A DNA stretch of 64,000 bases from Antedon mediterranea (Eukaryota > Animalia > Echinodermata), in assembly GCF_964355755.1 (NCBI RefSeq), contig NC_092670.1, positions 35,762,388 to 35,826,387 of the forward strand, written 5' to 3'. Positions within the stretch are counted from its first letter, which is position 1, and each line of letters opens with the position of its first letter. Below, piece by piece: positions 12,601-24,305 of the stretch. The notes beneath the pieces are model-generated. The model had not been told where the DNA came from, ran no database searches, and saw nothing but the letters and a program-made list of their open reading frames with translations. Both the position numbers and the translations under genes were made by a program.

Positions 12601-15600
12601 AACATGTAATTTTCAGTCCTAAAAATCATGCCAATTAACGGCAGTCAAAATAAAGGACTTTAATTAATCAGATAAAAAAGCAGTGTGGAAATGAAATCTT
12701 TCATTTATGAGGTTTATATTACATATCTATTACATAGAGTTATGTAACTTAATCCTCTGTAAAGATATAGTTCCATTAATTATTCTCCAAATATTTCTAC
12801 CTGTATAATTAATACAATATACAATCGTATTAACTTACTTGATTCATAATAAAAAATAATACATCCTTGGGTGTGTGAATATTCCTTTAAAGTTAAATTA
12901 TAGAGGGGGTGTTTATAAATTTAGTTAAGAACAAACCATACTAAAATAGAGAGTTTGTATGTTTGTTAAATACACATTTTGCTATTACATGCTACATAAT
13001 ACTGTAACTAGGCCTATCAAAATGAATGAAATAGTAGTAGAGAAAGGTTTTTAATTACATCTGAGCTGCCCTCATCAGGGAGGGTTGGGCTTGTACCATG
13101 GGTAGGCCTACTGTATGTGATTATTCTTTCATTGAAGTTATATTATACTGTAGAGGGGGGTGTTTATATATCTAGTAGAAACAAAACACAGAATCATATA
13201 CTAGAGCACGGAGTCCTTAATATTACTACTCTACAATGACTAGAGAGTTTGTATGCATGCGTGTTTTAATATACACATTTTTGCTACTGCATGCATCTGT
13301 ACTCATAAGATATCAAAATGACCAGAATTGTACTTTCAATTCTCAGGGAAGGGTTGCAAAAACAATGTAACATTCTGTAAAACGAGTGTCTTACCTAAAA
13401 GTTGAGAGATGGCGCCTTGGTCGACTAAGTCTTGATTACAAGCTTCATCTGCTAATGAAACCATACTGCGCATGAGGTGCATGCAATAACGCATCTGAGC
13501 TCGCTTGTTACCGCGGCCACCTGTAGCGTGATAGGAGTTGCCATGACCACCATAATCATCTGTAATAAAAGAAAAAAAAAACACTATATTAACAAAGATT
13601 TCAGCAAAACTCTGGTTTGTTAATCTTTAATCACTGTAATCTTTGTCCTTTGTATTTTGTTAATTTTACTCATGGTTCCATGAAATGAAATGTTGATCTT
13701 TTTTGTCATTAATTTTATTTTAAAGTTATGAACGTCATTCATTCGTAACTGTTTGAAAATAAACAATTACCTTTTCCAACACACCACTCAAGTAGAAGAA
13801 GCAAACGTGTGTTGCCTTGGTAACTCATATAATCCTGCACACATTGCGGCGCTATCGTGCAAAGCGATGTCATCGCGTGTAGTTGCAACTCCTCAAACTG
13901 AGCGGGTGACCATTCCTGTGGCTGCGATGTTTCCTCGTTATTGCGAATGTACGACAACAACGCAAGTAGGAAGTGACCTTCGACCAACAGTGGAATCATA
14001 GCGGGCTCTTTGCTCAGTACAACAACTACACTCATTAGTAGTTTTTTAAGTTCAAAGTCCTCATGATTCTAAAATCAAATCAGAATGGTAGATTCAAAAT
14101 TCATTTAACTCATCCTTAATTAATGTATTTAAAAATAGAATACAAACATTGATTAACAGACATACAGACATCAGTTTAAATGTCTCATGGCTATGAACTG
14201 AGTATGCACCCAAGCCTCTAACCAACCTCCGACACCTACGCCCCAATCTATTTGACCTCATGTGTACTGTGTGATATATAATCTATTCTAAGTGAAACAT
14301 GAATGGATCTAATATTTTATATATAAATTAGACAAGTTAATTGTTTTTAATATTTTTAAAACATATTAATTACAGTGGAAAGTTTGAGATGTTTCACCAG
14401 CATGTTGTGACTTCTCACTTCTTGAAATGTGGCAAAAAGAATCAGCTGTTTGGCAAACCCAGATTCCTAAAAAAAGTTTAAAAAGACAAAATTTTATGTA
14501 CAAAAAAGGTACACTAACATATAATTGTTTAATGCGATTAAGAACTTTCATAGTCAACAAAAAGATATGTGGAGTACTTGTATTCTATGGTACGGATTGT
14601 ACACAACAGAAAATCATTTGAATAGAAAACGTTAAACAATGCAAACTTTTCCGTCGCAACGCTCAAAATACTCTGTTAAATAGGTACTCAACGGAAAAAC
14701 TATACCCATATTGTCAATGTTTTGTTGTAATTGATGACAGAAAATACATTAGTGCTAACAATTTGTGTAATAATGTAACATGGCTTAAACTAAAGCTCTG
14801 TCTGTGCCCATATATGGACATGACGATGTCATATCACTACCATATTTGGGTATACTAAAATATTTGGGCACTTTACATTTTTTTGCCTAGTTTGATAGTG
14901 TAGAATGGGCTTTAGCTATGATGTATATTAAACTAAATTGTTTATAAATAAAAAAAATGATCTTACAATGAATGGAGCATACGGGCAATGACTTTCAGCT
15001 AATGATACTAAAACCAATAAATCATTCCTAAAAAAAAATAGTAAGCATTAGTAAATAACAACAGTAAACAAAAGTAGTAGTAAAATAACATCTTTAAATA
15101 TATAGAAAATAACATCATTAAATGACTAGTAAATAACAACATCAGGAAACAATAGTGAATGAAAATGCCAATGATAAACATGAGAAATGAATGGTATTTA
15201 AACATCATTATTATATTATTACTATTTGAAACATTTTATAATAAAATAACCAACCAGGCAAGCATACAGGAAAATGGGTTGAAAATGTACTGTATATACT
15301 GTAATTACTTTATGCAGTATTTCTTCAATTGGCAAGGGATTGGCATGACCTTTATCAAACTTTATGTGTCAAAAAATGTTATGTGCCCATATATGGACAT
15401 ATCACTACCATATTTGGGCACATCACAATTTTTTTGTTAAACTAGTTTGATAGTGTAGACAGAGCTTTAGTTTCCTTGAAATGGCATAAGGATTTAACAC
15501 TGTTACTTTCTATCTTACCTTAACTGCCGATCGTAATGGCTGTATCCTTGTGTCATCTGAGCTAAAAATGCATCTCTCAACGCCCTAATAAAAACAAATA

Positions 15601-18600
15601 AACAAAACGCTTTCAAATCATTTAATAGTATTCATATTGTGTACAATAGATTGTTTTTGGACAAGTGATAAATTTAATACAGTATTTACTTTTTGAGTGG
15701 ATAGTAGTAGTCTCAGGTTAAGATTTATTTTGGTTAATAACAAAATATGAATGTCCTAAATTATTGTGCATTATATAGACAAGAAATGAGGGCATGTGGC
15801 ACTACAGTAATTACTAGTTGCAACATTATGGGAGTTGTTTTCATACGTGTTTGATCCAAAAATGACCAGCGTAATAATGTGAAGCGCTTACAGAGGCTTT
15901 GTGCATTATAAGAATTAATTATTAGTTATCCGCAAAATTATTTTTATATTATGAGAACAACTTACGAGATACAGATGAAAGAATTAATCTGTTTTGCGAC
16001 TTCCTCTCCTTTTCCATACTCAAGGAGATTCAATAGAATCTCTATACTTCTATATAACAACCTGTAACGAAACATATGAATATTTTGGATGCTTAGTTGA
16101 CAATTAATATTTTGGATGCTTAGTTGACAATATTATTTTGGATACTTAATTGACAATTAATATTTTGGATGCTTAGTTGACAATTATTATTTTGGATGCT
16201 TAATTAACAATTAATATTTTGGATGCTTAGTTGACAATTAATATTTTGGATGCTTAGTTGACAATTAATATTTTGGATGCTTAGTTGACAATTAATATTT
16301 TGGATGCTTAGTTGACAATTAATATTTTGGATGCTTAGTTAACAATTAATATTTTGGATGCTTAGTTAACAATTAATATTTTGGATGCTAAGTTGACAAT
16401 TAATATTTTGGATGCTAAGTTGACAATTATTATTTTGGATGCTTAGTTGACAATTAATATTTTGGATGCTTAGTTGACAATTAATATTTTGGATGCTTAG
16501 TTGTCAATTAATATTTTGGATGCTTAGTTGACAATTAATATTTTGGATGCTTAGTTGACAATTAATATTTTGGATACTTAATTGACAATTAATATTTTGG
16601 ATGCTTAGTTGACAATTAATATTTTGGATGCTTAGTTGACAATTATTATTTTGGATGCTTAGTTGACAATTAATATTTTGGATGCTTAGTTGACAATTAT
16701 TATTTTGGATGCTTAGTTGACAATTATTATTTTGGATGCTTAATTGACAATTAATATTTTGGATGCTTAGTTGACAATTAATATTGTGGATGCTTAGTTG
16801 TCAATTAATATTTTGGATGCTTAGTTGACAAATTGCACAATATTACATTGTCTAAATCTTCTAAATTACAAAAGCAGAATGATTTAAGGCAAACAGCATT
16901 GTTACCAAATCCCTTATAAGCTACAGTAGAGGCTACTATAATACTGTACTACTCTAGAATCAGAGTTCAGACTACTGTAAGGAATGTTATTGTACCTCTC
17001 AACATGTTTGCTACAAATGTTTTTTGATTGAACTTTACAATTATTGTAAACTATTATTATTTATATGTTAATGATTAATGAACTGTAATGTTGTACATAT
17101 TGAGAATTCATCATAATTTTTGCTGTATGTTGTGTATTTATAAGACCGTATTAGAAAGGTATGTCATTATTGTAATTTTCGCCGCCGGTGGTCTTTTATG
17201 AATTGGACTTACTTTCCACTTGGTTCCTGGTCGTTTAAACGACCAAGTATTCGGCTGATTCCATCCACACTTATCATCTTCTGACAGTTGACAGGTGAAA
17301 AAGAGGACAGGTGTTGGAGAACATCCAAAAAGCTAATCTTGACCTCAAGGTCAACTTCAAATAATGGCAGAGACTAAAAATAAAAGTATAACTTCAGTAT
17401 TTATTGCAATATCAATAATATGTGTAAATATTAAAATCAAATATTGTTTATTTCTGTATAGTTTATTTGTTTATGGTTAAAAGATGAAAAATAAAATGAC
17501 ATTTTATTTCATCTGACGCACCCCTCCACCTAAACCACTGAGTCCTTCCCACCACACCCTATTAAATAGTCCTGAATTATAAACTCTACTAAAACATTCA
17601 TTAAAATGTGTTGTGAAAAAACTGGTCAGTGTGATAGGCCAAGGGCAAACGGTAGAACAAATGCATTTTCTAGAAACAATGTGGTTTCCTGATTGCAATA
17701 TGTTTTTTCACATGAAAAGGAAATATGGTGTGGTATCTAGGGGGTTAAAGCTATATGGAAGTACCTGTATCCACTCCTTTTTTTTCAAACAGAACAATTG
17801 TCAATACAAAGAATAACTTGAATCAAACATTGTGCAGTAAGTATAGTTTACTCTAACAAATTTAACAACTAGTTTTAGTATAACAGTATTAGTGGGCATA
17901 AAAAGGTAATTAACTTAAGAGACCAATGTTTTAGGAAAGTGTAAAGTTCAATTAGATTCTTTATTTTGTCAGACAGTATCTCAGAATTATTATACTTTAC
18001 TACAATAGATATGTATGCACAAATGTGTGCATATAAATCTCTGTCTACACCATCAAACTTTATATGACAAACAAAAATGTGATATTCCTATATATGGACA
18101 TGACGATGACATCACTACCGTATTTGGGCACATCACACTTTAATTGTCAAATTAGTTTGATAGTGTAGACGGAGCTTAAAAGAGAAGCCAGAAATTTGCA
18201 TGAAAGATTCAACTACAGTAAGTACAGTATGCAAACAGGCTTCAATACTACTGTATATTGATATAAGTACTTTTGTGTTGGCATAAAAAAGTAATGGTTC
18301 AAAATTTCAAGTAATTATTATAGTTTTTTTTTGTCCCAATTCACAAGAGTGGTCCCAAAAAACTAATCTGTAACTATCGTCCTATTTCGTTATTGCCTAC
18401 TATGTCTAAGATTTTTGAGTGCATTGTGCATGATGGTTTGTCATCACATGTTGCTAATGCTTTAAGTCCTAGGCAGCATGGTTTTGTCTCTGGGAGATCA
18501 TGTCAAACCAACCTCGCACTGCTTCTTGCTACATCATACGATGCAATTAACAGCAAGAAGCAGTGCGATGTGATTTACACTGATTTCTCTAAGGCTTTTG

Positions 18601-21600
18601 ATTCCGTTTCCCATGATTTGCTTATTTTTAAACTTTCAAAATTTGGTTTATCCGGTTCACTGTTAAGTTGGTTTAAAAGCTATTTAACTAATAGACAACA
18701 GCGTGTTGTCATTGGGGGAGAGACATCTGATTGGCTCCCTGTGTTATCGGGCGTTCCGCAGGGCTCGATCCTGGGCCCGCTTTTGTTTAATTTATTTATC
18801 AACGATCTTCCTTTAAAATTTAATCATTCCGAGTCTCTTTTATTTGCTGACGATCTGAAATTGTTTAAAGTGATTACCACTCCACAGGATGCTTTTTCAC
18901 TTCAGGAGGATCTGGATGGTCTCGTGGAATGGACGGAGAAGTGGGGGATAAAACTTAATGCTAATAAATGCAAATATTTATCTATAACACTTAAAAAAAG
19001 GCCTGTGCTCTTCAATTATAATCTGAGTGGACATGATCTTGAGATGGTTTATGTATGGAAAGATTTAGGTATTTTTATTGATAGTAAATTAAATTTTTGT
19101 TCACATATTAATCATGTGTTGTCAAAAGCTAATAGAATGATGGGCTTAATATGGAGAAATTGTAGGTTTATGAACGACGGCAGGGCACTTTTATCTTTAT
19201 ACAAATCTATTATACGTCCTCACCTTGAATATTGTTCCGCAATTTTCAATTCAATTTCTCCATGTCAGGCCCGTCGAATCGACACTGTTCAACGGAAGTT
19301 TGTTCGATTCCTGTCTTATAACTGTGTTAATTTTGCCTTTTCCATTGATTCTGTCAGCAATTGTCGAACGATATCTGATATGGTTTTTTTATATAATATT
19401 TTAAATTCTAAATATGACTGTTCATTAATTTCACTATTTAGTTTAAATGTTCCTAGTCGTACACGAAATAGACATTTATTGCATATTCCTTTTAGCCGTG
19501 TCGACTGTACTAAGAGGGGACTTTTTCATAGACTACCTTATACATTTAATAATCTAAATAGCAATCATATCGATATTTTTAATGATAGACTTGGTTATTT
19601 TAAGAGGACGATGATGTGTTCACTTCTTGAACAGCCTGCATAACCTGTTTTAATTGAAATTGTTTATGGCATGCCAATCTATGTTTTATATATATATATA
19701 TATATATTTTATCTGTATTTTATTGTTAACCGTTTTTGATGTTGTATTGTTTTATGTTTCAAACCTGTTAGTGGCGGTATTTATCGCTGTTGGTTTTGAT
19801 TGAATAAAATAAAATAAAATAAATAAAGTTTTAGGCGCCTTCGGTAAATGATTTCAAACATGTTCAGACATGTTTGCTATTGTAGTATGAGATACGTCGT
19901 AGAGACGCATTTGGCAGAACGTTTGGGGGTCCACCGTTTGGGTCCATTGTTTGGGTCCACCGTTTGGGGGTCCACTGTTTGGATGTGTTTATTCATGTTT
20001 GGCATGTTGCTCCGCTCCATTGCACATTTGACTAAAAGCAGCATATTGTTTGTCATTTATTTTAGTTTAAATAAATATGTCTTGTCAGAATCTCATTAAT
20101 AATGATACCACCATTTTGTGCGAATAGTAGTGCAAGTGCAAAATTTAAATAAAATAAGATTCAAGTATTAGTATAGTTTCCAAACAGATGCCTACCTTAG
20201 TAAGTGTCTCAGCAATATCGCTCAAATTGACTTGTTCGATATTGAAAGCCCTGGTGACTGGCACGAGATCTTGGAATTCAACATTTGGTGGGTCTGTAGT
20301 GTATATGTTAAGCAGGGTGTCTGCAAGTTGTTTGCGAACTTCTTTATTTGGAACTCGTACAAGGTAAGCTGACAAAAATATTATTTTTACAGTATGTTAA
20401 AAGTTTGTAAGGCAAGTTTGGCATGCCATAGCAGGAGTGTGTGCATTACACTTTGAGATAAATTATTGTTTTCTCAATATAATCTGACAGTTGACATTTT
20501 GTAGGTGCTTAGAAAATGTGTACTGTAACGGTTGGTAGAGCATTGTTCAATTAAGTTGCTTATTTTTATATTTTTATACTTTTATTTATATCTAAATTTA
20601 ATACTCTTTATTAAAAAACATAAAACTACTATTCAATTCTACTTACCAATTTGTGATAGTGATTCAACAGATATTTGGGAGAAGATGCTCTCATCTGAGG
20701 ACTTTTGTCTCAAGAAGGGCAAACTTAAAAAGATATATGAAACATCATTAATTAAATAGGGTTGAAAATAAACATAAACATGATTTCTATGTATATTTTA
20801 TATGCAAATGACAACAAATGAATAATAAATTTTCACTGATGAATGAATATGAATATTAGTTAGAAATTGCATGCATTGCAAAATAAATCTTTAAAAATGG
20901 TGGCTATAGAGAAACGAGCTATGAAGATAGGATAACATAATTTCTATGTATATTTTACATGCAAATGACAATAAATGGAAGTAATTTGCATTGATGAATG
21001 AATGTGAATATTTAAAAAAAAACCTTTTAGTAGAATATGCATTGCAAAATAAATCTTTAAAGAAAACATGGCTATAGAGAAATTAGCTATAAATTGTTAT
21101 CTCAGTCAAGTAAAAAAAATAAAAAGAGTGACCAGCAAGGAACTAATAGATACTTACCTACATAACTTGAGTATATTTATCATTGGCGTTAGGTAGAGTG
21201 GGTACTCTGAAACCCTATCAGCCATCACATTCAGCACCTTAAATACTTGCACCAAATCTTTTAAAAGCTGTATCACATTAGTTAAGCAAACATGATTATT
21301 ATATTCAAACTTTAATGTTTTAATATTAATTTCTGTGTCTGTTTTTCCTATATCTTGCTTTTGTTAATGAGATACAGTATGTAGTTTGTAATGTTTAGTA
21401 AAATGTTTAATCAAATCAAAATCATTCAAAAATAAGCAAGTAGTCTCTATAGCTACAACAAAACACATTACATTGATTAGGTAAATTAAATTTAGTTTAT
21501 TTAATATTGTTATGCCCATATTTTTAGTGCGTTTTGGCTGCAGTCTCCAAATCAGTGGAAGATTATGAAAATTCAACGGTGGTCTATTATGTTTTATACT

Positions 21601-23683
21601 GTCCTCCTGAATATCATTTATTATTTATCTGTGCAGATGTATTTATGGCACAAACATTCTTTTCAAGAATTACTATATACTGTATTATCTATTTTCATCT
21701 TTATTTATGCTTATTTTATTGAATTTTCAGGCACAAACAACAACATTTATAATACATGACACTGGTGCAGCACCCTGGGGATTGCCAAGAGTGCTAAGCA
21801 CTATCGAATCGTCTCTCCATACTCTCTTTACATTTAATGTCATTAGTACACAAAGGATACAAAGCCATGCTGGTAATGGTTTACAAGTCTCTGTAGAGCA
21901 TGAACATGCCGGTTGTGAAGTGTTGCCTACAAAAAAAAAAGTACATTTAAAACTAAAACTGATATCATTTTGTGTCTCTTTGACCATGTTTTCGCAGCCA
22001 TAACAACAATTAATGGTTCATTCTGTTAAACAGTCAGATAATTAATAAAAAACCAGGTATGCATATTGATAGATCATTAGCTTAACACCAAGGGCCGGAT
22101 TTATCAAACTTGCTTAGCAAAAAAATCGTCTTAACTTTGCCTTAAATCCTTGATTTTGCCTAAGTCAGATTTATCAATATATCTAAGCAAAAAAAATTGC
22201 TTAATTTTGTCTTAAATCTAAGACGAACAACACCCTGCCTTAAGATGAAAAATTTCGTCTTATCTCTTTTCTGCAACAGAAACATTCTTTTTTGACAACG
22301 CGAGCGCGCTAGGCCGGAACATTGAACATTCGGAAAGGCTACGCTAGTGCGTTTTACGCTGTACTACGGACGCTAAAATAATGATATCGATCTTCACAAA
22401 GATGGCCTAGAAATTGGACGAGCAAAACAAATATTTTCGGGATAGGTACGACCCAATTGACTAGCTTTTAGAAAACTGTATCGCTTGCCAAGGGTCGCTG
22501 TCATTGATAAAAATAAATAAATGTTGATTTGATTTAAGTTTAGAGCGAATGATTTTCGTATGTATTTCCGACTGTTGTGCTCTTTCTCTATTTCAAGTAA
22601 TAAAAACAATAGTAGCCAGAATGCGCCCTCTCTTGTTGGGAGTGAAAATACGGAGATAAAATGTTATAGCGCCGCCATCGCTAAGAGAAAAAAGCTAATA
22701 CGCATGCGTAAGCAAGAATTTTTCGTCTTAAGACATAATTTGCTGCCCTCTAGAGTTTAATTTTGCGCATGTGCAAAGTAAAATTTACCTAAGACAATTT
22801 TTCTGCTAAGACATTGCTAAGACGGTTTGATAAATAAGATTAAGTTATTTGCTTAAGCACTTCTTAAATATTTCAGCTTAAGCAAAAATATAAGCAAATA
22901 TTGATAAATGCCAACCCAAGTGCTTAACTCCAACAATGCAACAATTGTCTTTTAGGTCAAAGGTTAAAAATGATTGCAATATAATCAGATAATTATCTAA
23001 TTTGAATGAGACAATCATTGGTTATTTAATCTTAAATGGAATCAGTTAAACCCAGTCCATTTATCCAAAGAAAATGCAAATCTTTATTAAATGTACTAAA
23101 GTTATAAATTGTACTTACTGAATGTGGATCTGTTAAAAGTTTAATGACATTTGAAAAACTAATTGGCTGAAGCTTCACACCCTAATAAATTGAAAATAAT
23201 TAAACTAAAAAAACAACTTTGATTTTTATTCTTAAGTTATCAATGACAATTTTTAGTAACACATGCTATAAAATTAAATTTAACTTCTATTTTGTTATTC
23301 TACAAATCAAGTTAAAATCTTCTTTTGAGTACAAATCTACCGAATTAAGTTAGGCGGTCCTGTACTACATAAATTACAAACTAACAGTAACATAGCCTAA
23401 TGTAGCCTCGCCTCGGCTAACATAGGCCTATATATTACTGATATTGATGCAACCTTTTTTACTCTGCAAGGAAGCACTGATTGATGATTCAATATATACC
23501 ATCATTATAAATAAATAGTCAAACCATTTTAAATTGAACAATTGATAAAAAAATAAATTTCATTAGTAAACACAAATGAACATCAATATTCAAACTTGCC
23601 TTCTTTATGCCCAAGTCATCATCAGTTATGACATGGCCAACTACCGGAATTTTTGGTTTCATCTCAACTTCATTTGTTGCCAT
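672..23683 (-). CDS. CFAP69: Cilia- and flagella-associated protein 69 (ARM-repeat ciliary protein); 20 coding exons in window, 3' end lies beyond the left edge
   Basis: Hand-spliced exons (5'->3'): 23683-23600, 23181-23119, 21926-21861, 21267-21158, 20723-20647, 20368-20196, 17373-17213, 16061-15966, 15584-15519, 15027-14967, 14466-14374, 14068-13771, 13559-13395, 12043-11928, 11658-11458, 8799-8607, 6974-6837, 5038-4890, 3877-3752, 758-672. Sum 2523 nt = 841 codons, all phases compatible. Peptides match vertebrate CFAP69 as I recall it: IPVVGHV, LKDLVQVFKVLN, GYSHYDRQLRND, EDFELKKLL, WSPAQFEELQLHA, HGNSYHATGGRGNKRAQMRY. Confidence 0.95.
1229..1540. repeat. 27-bp minisatellite (GAGGAATATATACCTGTATATCACTCT, about 11 units)
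   Basis: Direct tandem repeats with no spacers; explains the repetitive ORFs at 1188-1514. Confidence 0.95.
1645..3127 (-). mobile_element. Helentron-associated (HINE/DINE-1-like) non-autonomous element, about 1.5 kb
   Basis: Read on the minus strand: T-run, 5' palindrome AGGTTATATGCA-ttca-TGCATATAACCT (3093-3120), simple (TTTA/TTTC) repeat, matching 3' subterminal repeat at 1678-1689, stem-loop AATTCGTCA-tta-TGACGAATT (1655-1675), terminal CTAGTT. Confidence 0.65.
5097..5400 (+). mobile_element. tRNA-derived SINE with Deu/Nin-like central domain
   Basis: Pol III A box TGGCCGAGAGG and B box GGTTCAAGTC, then body GCACTTTAAAGAACCCA...GAGTAGGGGGTTACCCCGGT resembling the DeuSINE conserved domain. 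A partial second copy lies at about 29290-29360. Confidence 0.7.
7852..7996. mobile_element. Abundant ~150-bp MITE family (TIR AGCTCTGTCTACACTATCAAAC), degenerate copy
   Basis: The same TIR and core (CCCATATATGGACATGA / CACTACCATATTTGGGCACATCAC) recur at about 10384, 10581, 14793, 15350, 18037, 26358, 28280, 32414 and 59463. Confidence 0.75.
8801..10007. repeat. 16-bp minisatellite (TAAAGCAGTTATATAA)n with higher-order variant pattern
   Basis: About 1.2 kb of tandem units abutting the acceptor of CFAP69 exon 16. Confidence 0.97.
10384..10531. mobile_element. ~150-bp MITE (same family as 7852)
   Basis: AGCTCTGTCTACACTATCAAAC ... ATAGTGCAGATAGAGCT terminal inverted repeats. Confidence 0.85.
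10581..10884. mobile_element. MITE (same family) carrying a ~150-bp internal insertion
   Basis: TIRs at both ends; the internal segment matches 7951-8082. Confidence 0.8.
14793..14914. mobile_element. MITE (same family), internally deleted
   Basis: AAGCTCTGTCT ... TAGTTTGATAGTGTAGAATGGGCTTTA. Confidence 0.7.
15350..15469. mobile_element. MITE (same family), 5'-truncated
   Basis: TATCAAACTTTATGTG ... ACTAGTTTGATAGTGTAGACAGAGCTTTA. Confidence 0.8.
16079..16831. repeat. 27-bp minisatellite (TTAATATTTTGGATGCTTAGTTGACAA)n
   Basis: About 28 tandem units starting about 17 nt from the CFAP69 exon 8 acceptor. Confidence 0.97.
18037..18178. mobile_element. MITE (same family)
   Basis: CTCTGTCTACACCATCAAAC ... 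GTTTGATAGTGTAGACGGAGCTT. Confidence 0.85.
18331..19826 (+). mobile_element. 5'-truncated CR1-clade LINE, antisense in CFAP69 intron 6; uninterrupted RT ORF at 18393-19643
   Basis: NYRPISLLP, QHGF, DFSKAFD, SGVPQGSILGPLLF, FADD, LYKSIIRPHLEY motifs; 3' tail of (AAAAT)n at about 19803-19826. Confidence 0.93.
21268..21860 (-). other. U12-type (minor spliceosome) GT-AG intron, CFAP69 coding intron 3
   Basis: Donor TTT|GTATCCTTTG; branch-like TTGCTTAAC at 21281-21289, 13 nt from the exon; no polypyrimidine tract; splicing joins ...QHGF|LLKDLVQ in frame. Confidence 0.9.
22092..22917. mobile_element. Non-autonomous DNA transposon, PIF/Harbinger-like
   Basis: Termini GGGCCGGATTTATCAA ... TTGATAAATGCCAACCC; inverted subterminal CTTAA/TTAAG-rich repeats. 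Confidence 0.65.
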
Positions 23684-24235
23684 GTTGTTGTTGATTTGGT
23701 CTTCTGTTGGTCACTTCATTGACATTAATTTAAAATCTTCTAGTTCTACAATTTAAAACTTAATTAATAAAATAAATTGAATAGGCCTCCTAGGCTAGTA
23801 GGCCCTATGATGTCAATTGAATAACAATTAACATGACTAAACAAGGCCTACCTAACTATTCTATATAGGCTGTATCCCATATACTAATAGGTCTACCAAA
23901 TAGGCCCTAGGCAGATTTTTAGTAGGCCTAGGCTCTGTCTAGCTGCTGGGCCTACCCGGCCCGACCTTAAGCTCGTCCTTCCTAGCTAGTAGTAGTCTTT
24001 AGTTTATAGTATAAATAGGCCTAGCTAGGGCCTAGGCCTAGGCAGCTAGATAGTAGGCCTACTGAGTGAGCTAGGCCTAGCCTAGGCCCTAGGCCAAAGT
24101 TCATTCTCAACAGTATCTTACCATATGTAATAATTCAATTTATCTATAAGTACTAGCTTAATCAATTTACATTTTATTTTTCAAACATGCAGTTATTATC
24201 TTACAAAATACCGTAAATTTAATTTGTTTACAATA

Positions 24236-24305
24236 CCTTCCGAAAACTCATCGCCATCTTGAGTTCGTAACTAGGGAGATTGGAAGAAGGGATTATGGGA
24301 TAGCT
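24236..24305 (-). promoter_or_regulatory. Probable CFAP69 promoter / first non-coding exon region
   Basis: YY1-like CGCCATCTT (24252-24260); RFX X-box-like GTAACTAGGGAGAT (24267-24280); ZNF143/Staf-like TCCCATAATCCC on the minus strand (about 24289-24300); candidate donors near 24236 and 24121. Confidence 0.5.

Noticed and set aside
16079-16831. CRISPR-like arrays (27-, 30- and 116-bp repeats)
   Set aside because: Head-to-tail repeats without unique spacers, no cas genes, eukaryotic intron context
17213-17373. Apparent frameshift in CFAP69 exon 7
   Set aside because: Recounting the A-run gives KISFLDVLQHLS in frame; no pseudogenisation
20760-21095. Short diverged local duplications (also about 12900-13320 and 58200-58710)
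   Set aside because: Ordinary AT-rich tandem duplications with no sign of function
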